Shown: piece by piece, positions 36,225-48,500 of the stretch
Layout: the number at the start of each line of letters is the position of its first letter
How positions within the stretch are numbered: the first letter of the stretch is position 1
NCBI RefSeq assembly: GCF_025526975.1
Contig: NW_026515675.1
Span: 1-64,000, forward strand
Length of the DNA stretch: 64,000 bases
DNA from: Fimicolochytrium jonesii
Lineage: Eukaryota
Reading direction: 5' to 3'
Position numbers and translations under genes: made by a program
The notes under the pieces: model-generated
The model's input: the letters and a program-made list of their open reading frames with translations, nothing else
Databases searched by the model: none
What the model was told of the DNA's origin: nothing

Positions 36225-38265
36225 ATGGCTGGAGACTCAGAGACTTCGAAACTTATGGTGGATAAGTTCACAGGGGAAAACTACCATCTATGGAAGTTTA
36301 GGATGATGATGATGTTGAAGGCGAAGGGACTTTGGGTGGCAGTGGAAGCTGGGAAGAAGGAGAAGGAAAGAGCTACAGCTACAGCAAGCTCGTCGCAGGG
36401 AAAGGGGGCTGAAGGGGAGGAGGAGGAGTCGATGGAGAGGAAGGACAAGAGGGCTTTGGCATACATCTGCCTCAGTCTGAACGACACGCAGCTTATGCAT
36501 GTGCATACAGCTCAGACGGCTTGGGAAGCCTGGTCTAAGCTAGCTGAGGTGCACGAATGAAAGGGGCTTGCCAGCAAGCTCTTCCTACGTCGAAAGTTCC
36601 TTACCATCAGTATGGACAAGGCTGACTCGATCACAAACCACATCAACAAAGTCAGACAGCATGCACAACAGCTGGAGGCTACCGGCGCACCAGTACCCAA
36701 AGACAATATCATGACGACCTTGATATACAGCTTACCAAACAGCTACGAACAAGTCATCACAAGCCTCGAAAGCAAGGCGGACAACTTAGACATGGAGTTC
36801 TTGACGGCCAGACTTCTGAATGAAGAAGCTAGGCGCAAGGAGAACTCGAAACCGGTCAGATCAACTGGAAACGCCTTCGTTGGGGATGGGGGACACCAGC
36901 AGGAGGCTGGGGGTTCAGCCAGGTTCGCCAGGAAGAAAGGAAAGTGCCATCATTGTGGTATTGAAGGGCACTGGAAGAACGAGTGCAAGAAGCTCAAACA
37001 ACAGCTAGCTCAAGCCAATAATGCGAATCAAGCCGAACCACACCACGCCAGCCAGGGAACCGGGTTCCTCTTCATGGCAGCTATGAAACGCACTGAAATC
37101 AGCCCAGAGTGCTGGATTATCGATTCAGGAGCCTCCTCACACATGACACACGTCAGGGAATGGCTCCAGGACTACAAGACGCTGGAAACCGAGATCCAGG
37201 TCTAGCTGGCTGACAACCGGTCAGTCCTAGCCATTGGAACAGGCTCCATCTCGATCAGAACACACGGGGAGCACGTTGGCAAACTTCGAAACGTCTGGTT
37301 CGTTCCCAAACTGGAAAAGAACCTCATCTCAGTAGCCCAGCTGACTGAGAACGGAGCACAGGTCGAGTTCTCGAGTGCAGAGTGCACAATCCAGACCAGG
37401 GACGGTGCTTTCGCCTTCAGAGCTCTCAAGGAGAACGGTCTGTACACCATGACAGCCCAGGCTATCCCTGAACACGCCTACTCAGCAGCAGCACTTCGTA
37501 GCACACCCTTTCATGTATGGCATCAGAGACTCGATCATCTGAATGCCCAAGACGTCCAGAAGCTCACCAACGGCTACCAACATGACATCAGAGTCACCGG
37601 ACATCCTGATGGCCACATCTGCGAAGTCTGCACGCTCTCCAAGCAGTCCAGTGCTCCCTCCTCGAAGAAACAAGCTACCCGAGCCACAGAAGTCCTGGCA
37701 CTCGTCCACACTGACCTCTGTGGCCCCATGAGGACGTCTACCTCTGGGGGATGTACCTACTTCGCATCATGGATTGATGACAAGTCCAGAATCATCTGGG
37801 TCAAGCTCCTACGCAGGAAAAGCGATACCTTTGATGCCTGGGAGGAATACAAGGCCCTTATGGAGAGACAGACTGGGAAATCATTCAAAGTCCTCAGATC
37901 GGACAAAGGAGGCGAATACGAATCCATCCGATTCGCCCTCGCACTCAGAAAGGCTGGAATCCAACACCGGCGCGCTGCTACCGACACCCCACAGCAGAAC
38001 GGAGTAGCGGAACGTATGAATCGAACTCTAGTCGAAATGGCACGCTGCCTGCTCACCCAGGCTGGTCTCGGACACGAATACTGGGGAGAAGCTCTGCTTG
38101 CAGCTGTCCACGTTCGAAATCGTTGCCCTACGGCTGCCCTAGACAACTTCAAGACGCTGTACAAAGCCTTTTTCGGTTGCAAGCCCATCCTCCTTTATCT
38201 CGAAGTGTTTGGATGTATAGCCTATGCTATGGTTCTCAAGAAAAACCAAGGAAAGCTGGACAACA
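36225..38265 (+). pseudogene. gag-pol: Copia E gag-protease-integrase, single frame with in-frame stops
   Basis: FTGENYHLWKFRM; CHHCGIEGHWKNEC; WIIDSGASSHM; WHQRLDH...CEVC; HTDLCGP; SDKGGEY; QQNGVAER. Confidence 0.95.
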
Positions 38266-38871
38266 TATTGAAACCTTAGCTGATATAGGTGTATCTGAGA
38301 GGTCACTAAGACTGGTTCGCCGATGACTGAGGGACATAGCTGCCCAAAGGGCAGTGTTGTGATGTAGAAGAGTAGTGTGGCTAGAGTAGTGCGATAGAAA
38401 GTAGTGTATTGAAGAGGATAAAGTGAAGGGAGGGGATGGGCAACAGGTCTGCCTTTTATAGAAATCTGGGGCTTCTTTCTTGGGGATTTAGCTATGTGCT
38501 ATGTGCTGGGGCCATCAAAGCACCCTCTGAGACCCCCTCAGAACGCCCAATGCATCTTTGAGTGCCGCAGTTAAGGTTGGTAAGGTTTGTAAGGTTTTGC
38601 CAAGTCTGTGTAGCCTCACAGGTACCTGCTGATGCCCCATGGGCGTCTGCCAAGTCCGCGGAAGGTGCTACAGGCTTCCACAAGCTCAATAACACCCAAT
38701 CTAGCTACTACAACCCGATCACAGCTCCATACGGGCACTACTGACCGCCATCAGCTCTAAGAACATCATGAAAGCGCAGTGGTGATGCCTGGATGTCTGG
38801 GAAATGGTCCAGACATCTTGAGAGCCTTCCAAGACGCGTCCTAAGTCTTGCAGAGCCTTCTAAGTGCCACA
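38266..38871 (-). repeat. Inverted family E LTR nested in E, with adjacent deletion
   Basis: Reverse complement of about 40290-40898; intact TCAATA end at 38266. Confidence 0.93.
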
Positions 38872-40270
38872 ATGCCATACTAGTCGCCCAAGGCTTCTCG
38901 CAAGAAGAGGGAGTTGGCTACAACAAAACATTCGCACCAGTGGCCAAGTTCAACACCATTCGGCTACCCCTGTTGTGGGGAGCAGCTCAGGACCTCGAAA
39001 TGGACCAAATGGACGTGTCCACCGCATTTCTGAACCTGACACTGAGTGAGGAGATCTATATGAAGCAGCCACCGGGCTACATCAAGCCAGGAGAAGAGCA
39101 TCTCGTGCTTAAACTCAAGAAGACACTCTATGGTCTTAAACAAGCCCCCAGGGAATGGAACATCAAAATCCACGGCACTCTCGTTGAGAAAGGCTTCACT
39201 CGTCTTGATTCAGACCATTGCATCTATATCAGGCTCTTTGAGGGCTGGCTACTCATCCTGATCCTCTATGTGGACGATCTCATACTTGTGAGCAACAAGA
39301 GACTCGATCTTGACAGCTTCAAGGCCAAGGAACTTCGTACGAAATGCGTGATCTAGGTGCCCTGCACTACTTCCTGGGTCTCCTAGTCACTCGAAACCGA
39401 GCCAAACGACTCCTGACGCTCAACCAGACTGGGTACATCGAAAAATGCCTTGAAACATACGGGATGACCGATTGCAAGCCTGTATCAACTCCCAGCGTCG
39501 TGGGAAGCCCTCTCACGAAGGAAATGGCACCTCAAACGCCTGAAGAGACTGCAGAGATGCAGAACAAGCCCTATCGAGCCATTGTAGGCAGTCTGATCTA
39601 CACAATGATCGGCACAAGACCAGACATAGCCCAAGCAGTTGGAGCTGTGAGCCAGTTCTTAGCCAATCCAGGCAAAGCACATTGGAAAGCTGCCAAACGC
39701 ATTTCGGCGTATCGCAAGACGACCAAACACTACCAACTTCGACTGGGAGCCGTCCAAGGAACCCCCAAACTCGTGGGACGGTCAGACTCAGACTGGGGAG
39801 GCTGCCCAGACACTCGCAGAGCGACCACAGAATACCTCTTCACCTACGGCGGTCCAGTAAGCTGGATATCATGCAAACAACGCACTACAGCACTCTCCCC
39901 CACCGAAGGCGAATACATGGCACTCACTGACGCCTGTAAAGAAGCCGTGTGGCTCAGATCTCTACTCAGAGAACTGAGCAAGCACCAAGACAAGACAGAA
40001 CTCGTCCAAGGCCCCACAGTCATCTGGGAAGACAACCAGGAAGCTATGGCACTCGCCACAAACCCAGTTCACCATGCACAAACCAAGCACATCGACATCC
40101 GATACCACTTCATTCGTAAACAAGTCGCACACAAGAAAGTTACCGCCCAGAACTGCCCAACAAAGGAGATGATAGCTGATGCGCTCACCAAGCCCCTCCC
40201 CATGCCGGACTTCACACGTCTGAGAGCTGGGATGCACTTAGAGGCTGCAGAGCCTTCAAGTGAGAGGGAG
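38872..40270 (+). pseudogene. pol: Copia E RT-RNase H
   Basis: LVAQGFSQ; QMDVSTAFL; LYGLKQAP; YVDD; SDSDWGG; TKHIDIRYH; frameshift near 39340. Confidence 0.95.
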
Positions 40271-40898
40271 TATTGAGATAGCATCAAGATGCGGCACTTA
40301 GAAGGCTCTGCAAGACTTAGGACGCGTCTTGGAAGGCTCTGAAGATGCCTGGACCATTTCCCAGACATCCAGGCGTCAGCACCGCGCTTTCATGATGTTC
40401 TTAGAGCTGATGGCGGTCAGTAGTGCCTGTATGGCGCTGTGATCGGGTTGTAGTAGCCCAGATTGGGTTTTATTGAGCTTGTGGAAGCCTGTAGCACCTT
40501 CCGCGGACTTGGCAGACGCCCATGGGGCATCAGCAGGTACCTGTGAGGCTACACAGACTTGGCAAAACCTTACAAACCTTACCAACCTTAACTGCGACAC
40601 TCAAAGATGCATTGGGCGTTCTGAAGGGGTCTCAGAGGGTGCTTTGATGGCCCCAGCACATAGCACATAGCTAAATCCCCAAGAAAGAAGCCCCAGATTT
40701 CTATAAAAGGCAGACCTGTTGCCCATCCCCTCCCTTCACTTTATCCTCTTCAATACACTACTTTCTATCGCACTACTCTAGCCACACTACTGTCTTCTAC
40801 ATCACAACACTGCCCTTTGGGCAGCTACGTCCCTCAGTCATCGATGAACCAGTCTTAGTGACCTCTCAGATACACCTATAGCAGCTAAGGTTTCAATA
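40271..40898 (+). repeat. Copia E 3' LTR (628 bp), termini TATTGA...TCAATA
   Basis: Abuts the PPT; 6-bp inverted termini; TATAAAAG near 40702. Confidence 0.9.
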
Positions 40899-40995
40899 AT
40901 GCGGTCCAGCAGCATCCAATTGAGGCGCTCAGCTTTTCATTTTGTTGACTCGAATATGCGTCAGTAGACTCATGGGTAATCCCATTGTCGTGTAG
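40899..40995 (-). pseudogene. 97-bp copia D integrase core fragment
   Basis: Translates as LHDNGITHESTDAYSSQQN(fs)KAERLNWMLLDR, directly continuing ...GELTSY at 10383. Confidence 0.85.
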
Positions 40996-43900
40996 TGTGA
41001 TGTGGACTACCTTCCACACGGGTTGTATAACTGATGTTCGTATACAATAACTACTTTGCTGTAAGGTTTTGTAGACAGACTGGGTGTTCGCCGGCCTGCT
41101 ATGCGATATGTAGTAGAAGAACTACTTGTTGTGCATAGGAACGCGCGACGAGCACTGTTAAAGTACCCATGAGGTCGGAGTCCACTGGAGAACACTGTCT
41201 GGAAAGACCTTTCCTTGGACAGCAAAAGGTCTTTCGCTGACCTCGGGAACATGTTTCACTTAGACAGCGATACATGTTCCGTTGACGTGTCGTTCTCCAA
41301 TCAGACTGGACAACCCAACACACCTTACATACCCCCCAGATTCTACGACGCGAACCTGCCCAGCAAGCTCCAGCAAAGTAGAACTTGTATCTGAAGGTGT
41401 CCGGGATCGCACCCAGCGCAATGCTTTGATGGTCCTCGTCGCCGTCAGTCCAAATAACCATATCTCGTGGGCTTTCCCAACGACCGTCGTGAGTATTGAC
41501 GCTTGCAGTCATTCCAATTTAAAGGTATTGCCATCCACGCTGCCTGCTACCGGCAGCGGGTTCCCCAGCTGTGAATGCAACGGGTGTGCTGTATTGTATC
41601 GCACGTTGCCTATACAAGTTGTCGGGCAATGGATATACGCATCCACTGAGCCAACGAAGCTCTGTTGTTCAGAGTCAACGCCTATGTGTACCTCCGGGCA
41701 TACACACCACCGAGTCTCCAGGAGTGATCAGTTCCTGCTTACTCGTTACGGACGGCGGCCGTAAACGCATTTACCCAATGCGGATGTCGTTTACCATCAA
41801 GGGGTTGTGTTAACACTCGTTTTGTGTAGCACGTTGCAATCCCTTTCACAGCTTTGACTTATGCCCAAAGATATTGTGAACGAGAACTTCTCTACAACAT
41901 ATCCGATGTTTTTATTAGACAGAAGGTCCCATCCGGCTACAGATCATTCATGGCCTCCAGCCAACCGTGCACTCTTGCGTCGCAGAGCCTCAGTTCCCTT
42001 AGAGCGCTTCCGCTGTCGCTTATCTGTAACGGATTCTACTTCACCATGGACCAAGATGAAGTCGTCTAACGCAGCGCAGTCTTTCACTTGCTCGTGCGCT
42101 TCCCATGTAGTCTGCTCAGGTGGGTAACCGACCCACTGAACGAGATCCTCAGGTTTTCCATGGACCAACCTACATCCGATAATCTTATCAACATAGTATT
42201 CTTCCTCGCCTTCGACTTGGACGGGCTCTGGGTTAGAGTCCTCTACATCGTCGATGCGCAGCGGATCTGAAGTCGGCTCGTGCCAAGGCTTCAAGATATC
42301 CGTATGGAAGACCGGGTATAAAGCGCCCATTAAAGCTGGCAGCTCTAACTTGTACGTTTCCGGGTGTGGTCCTTCCTTCTTCACGATGAAGGGTCCCAGC
42401 CAGCTCTGTCTAAACTTGAGCGGCTTCTTATTCAAAGCAGGGATCGTTATCCCGTCGCTGTTCAACAGGACTTTATCTCCTGGACTAAAGCTCTGTACAC
42501 GACGTCCACGATCGTGATACTTTGCTTGTTTGTCCTGGGCTTCCCGCAGTTTCTGCTGCACTATGAGTTCAATGGATCGGTATGCCTCAGCACGCTTCTC
42601 CATCTGTTTGATGAGCTCACGTCGTGACTTATGCAAGAATGGGACCGACGCATCGTCCATACGTTGCAACACTTTTGCGTCAACTTGCCAATGCATCGGC
42701 TCCTGCGGAATTCTACCCAAATCAACCTCGAAAGGGCAGTATCCAGTGCTGTTCTGCGTACGGTTGTAGGCAAACTCCAACATCGGTGGTTTGTCAACCC
42801 AATCGTCTCCCGTTACATTAAGGTACGGTTTAATCATCTTCTTAAAGATAGAGATACACCGTTCGACTTTTCCGTCCGCCTGTTGGTGTCGTGCCGTGCT
42901 CAAGCTCTCCTAGAACCCAACAACGATTGAAATGCCTTCCAGAAGTCTGCCAGGTAGCGGGGATCTCAATCTCCGACGATCACAGCTGCAGTACCTGTAT
43001 GGCGCCATACCTCACGGAAGTAAAGCTGGGCCAACTTCTCGGCAGTTATCGTGGATTTCGCAGGTATAAAGTATGCGCGCCCTGACAGATAGTCAATGAA
43101 GACAATGACACTGTCGTAAAACGCATCACTATGCACCTTCCCCCCCCACGACTGGGTTATTGGCATCGAGACAGGGTCCATATCCATCGTGTGCCAACGT
43201 CGGTCGGGAACTGGGAGCAAACGAAGTAAGCCAACACGCTTATTCTTCGGCAACTTGAACCTTTGGCAAGACCCACAAGTCTTGATGTACCCTCTCACAT
43301 CTGCGTCCATATCGCGCCAGTCAAACTCACGTAGGAGCTTGCCCAATGTACCTTGTACCCCCGTATGCGAGCCGGAGAGCAACGAGTCGTGGTACGCCTG
43401 CAATATAGTCCCTCGTAAAGCAGCTGGCACATAGAACTTATCGTGGTACAGTAAACGACCATAGTCATCGAACGAAAAACGGCAATCGAATGTAGAATGT
43501 TGTTCCTTCGGCTGTGACAACGCCTCTTTCCGGAAAGCCAAGTACTCATCAGCCTCCAAGGTTCGTATTCAATCTTTGAGCGTAACATTCCCCAAAGGAA
43601 TATACTCAACGGACATCCCCATGGCCGCAGCGATTTCAACTTGCTTGTTACACTCGGCGCAGCAAGGAGCGTAATAAGGATTACGACTCAACACATCTGC
43701 GACGGTGTTCCAGCGACCATGTTGATATTCAATATCAAATTTGAATTGTTGCAGGAATTCAACCCATCGTGCTTGGCGATGGCTCAGGAAGGGCTGTGTC
43801 TGCGGACAGACCAAACTAGCCTGATCGGTGAACGCGCGAAACAGGCGGTCATTTGTCCGATCCTGCAAGTAATGCCTGTTCGCCTTGCATATGCTAACCA

Positions 43901-44024
43901 GAGCTAATAGCTCTTGTTCGTGCATGTGGTAACGTGTTTCAGCGGGTTGCATCTTCCGCCCAAAGAAAGCTATTGGCTTTAACGGTGGCAGATTCTTAAA
44001 TCCCTTCACTGAGGTAGGCAACGG
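40996..44024 (-). mobile_element. Family C 3' half (copy C3): RNase H, integrase, chromodomain, 3' UTR, PPT, complete 3' LTR (41329-40996)
   Basis: ORFs 43569-44051, 42966-43559 and 41944-42903; GGGGGGTA|TGTAAG...CATCACA. Confidence 0.94.
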
Positions 44025-45124
44025 TGTAGTATCGCGCTTCAAACTACGCATGAAATCGATAATATTTTGACGCCGATTATACGCCTAGAATCTTCGACGA
44101 GCGAAAGAAATCACCTTTATACGACAACGTCAAAACACCATCAAAACTTCCGACAATGAATCGACACACTTGCGTTCTCGACACTCCGACGATTACCAAA
44201 TACAACTACCTTTACCGAAGCCTTGCTTCACAACGATGTTTTGTCCTCGGATACGACTGACATGCGAAAAATGTAGGCGTAGGAGAGGATCTCACACATG
44301 AAGGCACCCCCGACCAGACTCTCAACCAACCAGAAGCTCCCACGACGCCCGAAACGCTGAAGAAATCACCTGCAAAACGAGAAAACCAATTTCCGGTGGC
44401 TGTATACGCCGAAAGTTGCAGAAAACCCCGAGAAAAGATTAGCGATAAGGCTGTACCAGCGCCAAAATTGCGAATGGAAAAAGGAAAAACTACGTAGACC
44501 GCCGCAGGAAAAGAGAAAAAGACCCCGACCTAGCTAAATCCTCTAGAGACGACTAGTAGAGAGTTTGGACTTCGACAAAATCCCGTAGCTAGAAAAATCC
44601 ATATAAAAACCTGCCTGTTTTCCCCAGACCTTGGTACAATACCCAAAACCCAGATCCGTGCACGCAGAACACAGATCCCAATCTACAACAGAGCTTTCTA
44701 CTTCTCTACTCCCGACGACTTCTTTCAGTTTCAGATAGACTCTCAAGGCACGCTCATAGACCCGGAGAGCTTAGACAAGACGACCCCGAGTGTCGCGACT
44801 TGTACTTTGCTGACGTCGCCGAGGACTTGATAGCTTAGGAATCCCGTAAGAAGAGCTGAGAGCTAGGTTGGATAACCCCGTTGTTTTGTTTTGTAGTCAA
44901 CCCCGCAGATATTCCCGATTTCGTACCCGTACCCGTAAGACCCGACCCCCGTATTAGAAGAAGGACTCCTTTCAAAGCACCTGGATATTAAGGTGGCAAG
45001 ACGACGCTCTCGCTTGAGATCTCTTCTTGTGCTATTGAGAGACCGGCAGCTTATTTTTCCCAACACCGGACCGTAAACCCGTATTCGACAGACCCTCGCT
45101 TCTGCTGGCCACCACCACATTTAC

Positions 45125-45144
45125 TGGCGATCCTACCAGGAGTC
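45125..45144 (+). promoter_or_regulatory. PBS TGGCGATCCTACCAGGAGTC (tRNA 3' end complement, probably tRNA-Arg)
   Basis: Reverse complement GACTCCTGGTAGGATCGCCA reads as T-arm, acceptor strand and CCA; the Arg identity is an inference. Confidence 0.7.
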
Positions 45145-45506
45145 CTTTTCTTCAACGAAAAGAGATTCTATCGCTCAGACTTCCTTTCGACCCGTTTATC
45201 CGTATAGACTTTGTACCTACTGTACAACAAAAACTGACGAAAATTGATACGCTAGTTATTCGACTCGCTATCTACCAAAAACAGCCGCTTTTCGACAGCT
45301 CGACAGCGCGTCTCCGCTCGACTTTTCGACAGCTTACCCCTTGTTTCGACACGCAAAAGCGCGTTTTTACATGTGCATTCTGCTGCGCCATTCTTGGACG
45401 TCAGCACTTTCGTACTCCGACAACCGACTCGTTTTTAGAGATGATTTTCGACCGTCTATTGTAGACACCTTCGCATTTTTCGAGTAATAGCAACTTTCTC
45501 GACAAA

Positions 45507-48500
45507 ATGGCAGCCTGATAATTTGAATCCAGACCCGAATCCCGATCCGAACCCGGACCCGAACAATCCGCCTAACCCGCCTCCCGACTATGGGGCGAAT
45601 AACCCGATGTTTGCTGTGACCGCCGACCAGTTTGCTATGCTACTTCGAGTTGCTAGTTCAAAAGGTTTACCTATGATGGGACAACCTGGAGCTATAGAGT
45701 TTGATGGACGAGATGTACAAGAGAAACTCGACATATTCTATGCTCAACTTAACCACGCTGGATATGAACCTGACGCCGAGTACCCGAGCATCGTCCTGAA
45801 CCCTCCGCACACCAGACTTCGCAGTCCGTACAACCCGCGAGATCCTGCTATTGCTAATCAAGAGGAACGACAAATCGTGGAATTGAAACACAAACAATGT
45901 ATGCAGACATTCATCCAGTATTCGAAATCAAGCCTTCGACCGCTGCTTCATAGTATGCCTAGTTTCCAATTGCTCGACATAACCAAACATACTCGATGGA
46001 GAGAAGAACCGACCTGGGCGACGTTTACTGAAGAAGTGATTTTGAACTTTGATGCGTTTCAAACTCGCCATACTTTCAACGACCTCGAACAATGGGCTCT
46101 CAGTCAACGAGACCATGTCAAACTGAACACTGCCAACGTTGCAGAATTTATCAACAAAATGGCCTATCGATATGGAAGAATCGATGGGGTCGCCGACAAA
46201 GAAAAGATCAATCTGCTTCTGACCCCGTGGAAAGACGAACTCGGCTTCGACAAACAAGTTCTCCAACAAGCCAGAAGACTCGCTGCTGAACGTGGAACCC
46301 ACTTGCGACCGACTCAGTTACCCGCCGTTAGCCGAGTTATGGAAGCCATCACCGAAGCAACTAATGAAGATGCCGCGCTTTCTCACTCACGACAGTTATT
46401 AAGCGACCCGATCCCGACGTGCGATCTATGACCGTCCAGAAACCGAGTCTTATGATCCGCGGTATTACCAACCCGACTGTTAGCGACCAGCTGAACTTCG
46501 TACAAGGACAAGTATTACAGACCGAGAGCAAACTTGACCAAGCAGTACGCAAAATGACCGAACAAATGGCCCAGTTACAGACTGGCCAGAACCGAATCCT
46601 GCAGAGCTTGACTCCTGCGACCCGACTTCCGCCTGCGAACGATTCGCAAGGCAGTAGCTCAACAAATACCGGCAATGTGAATGTTCGACCCTTGCGATAC
46701 GTTTATTGCGATCAAGAAGGACACCAGCGCAGATTTTGCAGAGACTTTTCCGAGGTTCAGAACCGAGGAAAACTAGTTCCTAACGGACAAGGACAAATTG
46801 CGTACCCTGACAATACGACCATTGGAGTACCCGGGCAAGAAATCCCTTTGAACATCGGACAAGGAGGGATTAAGAAAGTTTTCGAAGATGCCAAAGCTGC
46901 CCCACTCCGCAACCGCAACACTTCCGCCAATCAGAGATCCTACAGTCATTCAATCCATTCATTTATGCTGCAAAATGACGACAAGAAAAAGACCCGTGAA
47001 ACCTCCGAATGCTCATCCAAAATCCGAGATTATCTTGAAGAACATGCAGAAGACTTGACCTATACGATTCGGAACATTACGAACTGGGACGATCCCATTC
47101 ATTTTGATACGACTATTGCCCAAGCCTGTGATCCAAAACGACCTGCCGTTGCTGATCCAGCTGACAGAAACCGACCCCGAAGTGGACAAGCACCCGCCAG
47201 AGCTGGAACCGATACGGAAGATGCAGATGACACCGTCCGCAAGAGAAAATTACCTACCCGAGCCGACCGAGAAAGATTCGCTGGAAGAGATATCCTGAAA
47301 CCAGGAGAGAAAAAGAAACACTGTCCGATTGGAGACCGGCCAATTGACGATCGACCTGTTACGCCGGTGGAGACTGATACTGAGACCGATACGGATGAAG
47401 AACGACCCAAGCGAAGACAGCCGAAGTTCAAGTTTTATCCCGACATTGCAGACCAAGGCACTCATCCCGTTGACGCAATCAAACGTAGACTCTACAAGAT
47501 CGTCAATATTGGCATTACCTTCCCGGAATTCATGACTCTCAGTCGCGAGTTTCGTAAATCCATTGCATCCGACTTACGACAACACCGTGTACCAATCGAT
47601 CAGTATGAAGAAAGAATCAAAAAACAAAGTGATCGAGAAAAACAGAAGAAAGCCCGTGACGAACGAGTTGCTAAAATGCTGTCCAACGTGAACGCCATTC
47701 AACATTCAGCACACCCTCAGCAGTACCTTAAAAACGTCTATAACATTCAGTCTGAAGAGATGGATGAAGGAGAAGTGATGATGTTTCGACAAATCGCGAC
47801 GGAACATTATAAGACCCCGACTCTAAGTGGAATCAGTCCACACGCGAACGTTAAAATCAACCAGTACTCGAACTCGATCGTTGCACTATTAGATTCCGGA
47901 GCCGAAGTCGACCGCCTGTTTTGTCAGTTCCGAGTCCCTCAGTCACGATTTGATTCTGGGAAGACCTTACCGTCGCATTACCCGATTAGAATAGAAGAAT
48001 TGCGATGATGGAAGTGTATGGTGTCGTATATTCGACCCAGACTCTGCCAAAAGCGCTCAATTCCTCGCCGCACCAGTCAAGTATGGAATTCAACCTCTGG
48101 ACACGTACCTGAAGACATCGAAACGATGGGTTCATCCCGAATACCTCAAAGATATCGACATGCTTTACGGACACAAACTCCGACGACCCCTACGAATGCG
48201 ACCGTACATGATTCAGTATTACGAAACAGAAACGGACAGCGAAGAATATGATTCGACAAAAGGAAACATCAGTGAAGAAGCTACCGACACGATTACGACC
48301 GACAACGAACAAGATTCAGAACACGACGTTGAAGAAGCTTACGAACAATCAATCGAGTATCATGTACAAGCATTTACCTACCAACAACAGTCAATTATGG
48401 ACGACATGCCAATGCTATCCGAAGAATCAGACATCGAAGAAAGCCTTGTTTCAGATTCCGACAGTGATTACAGCATCGATTATGAGGAACTGTATCAGCC

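Larger units (their letters stand above)
35388..40898 (+). mobile_element. Copia E element inserted antisense into copia D integrase; contains an inverted LTR of its own family
   Basis: 5' LTR 35388-35964 (first ~50 bp missing); PBS 35965; PPT GAGAGGGAG; 3' LTR 40271-40898. Confidence 0.93.

Noticed and set aside
41282..41764. Antisense ORF in the family C 3' UTR (also 6034-6459 and 17136-17321)
   Set aside because: Starts and frames differ between copies, differences are mostly amino-acid changing, and no splice pattern or domain is evident. An ancient decayed cargo gene cannot be excluded.
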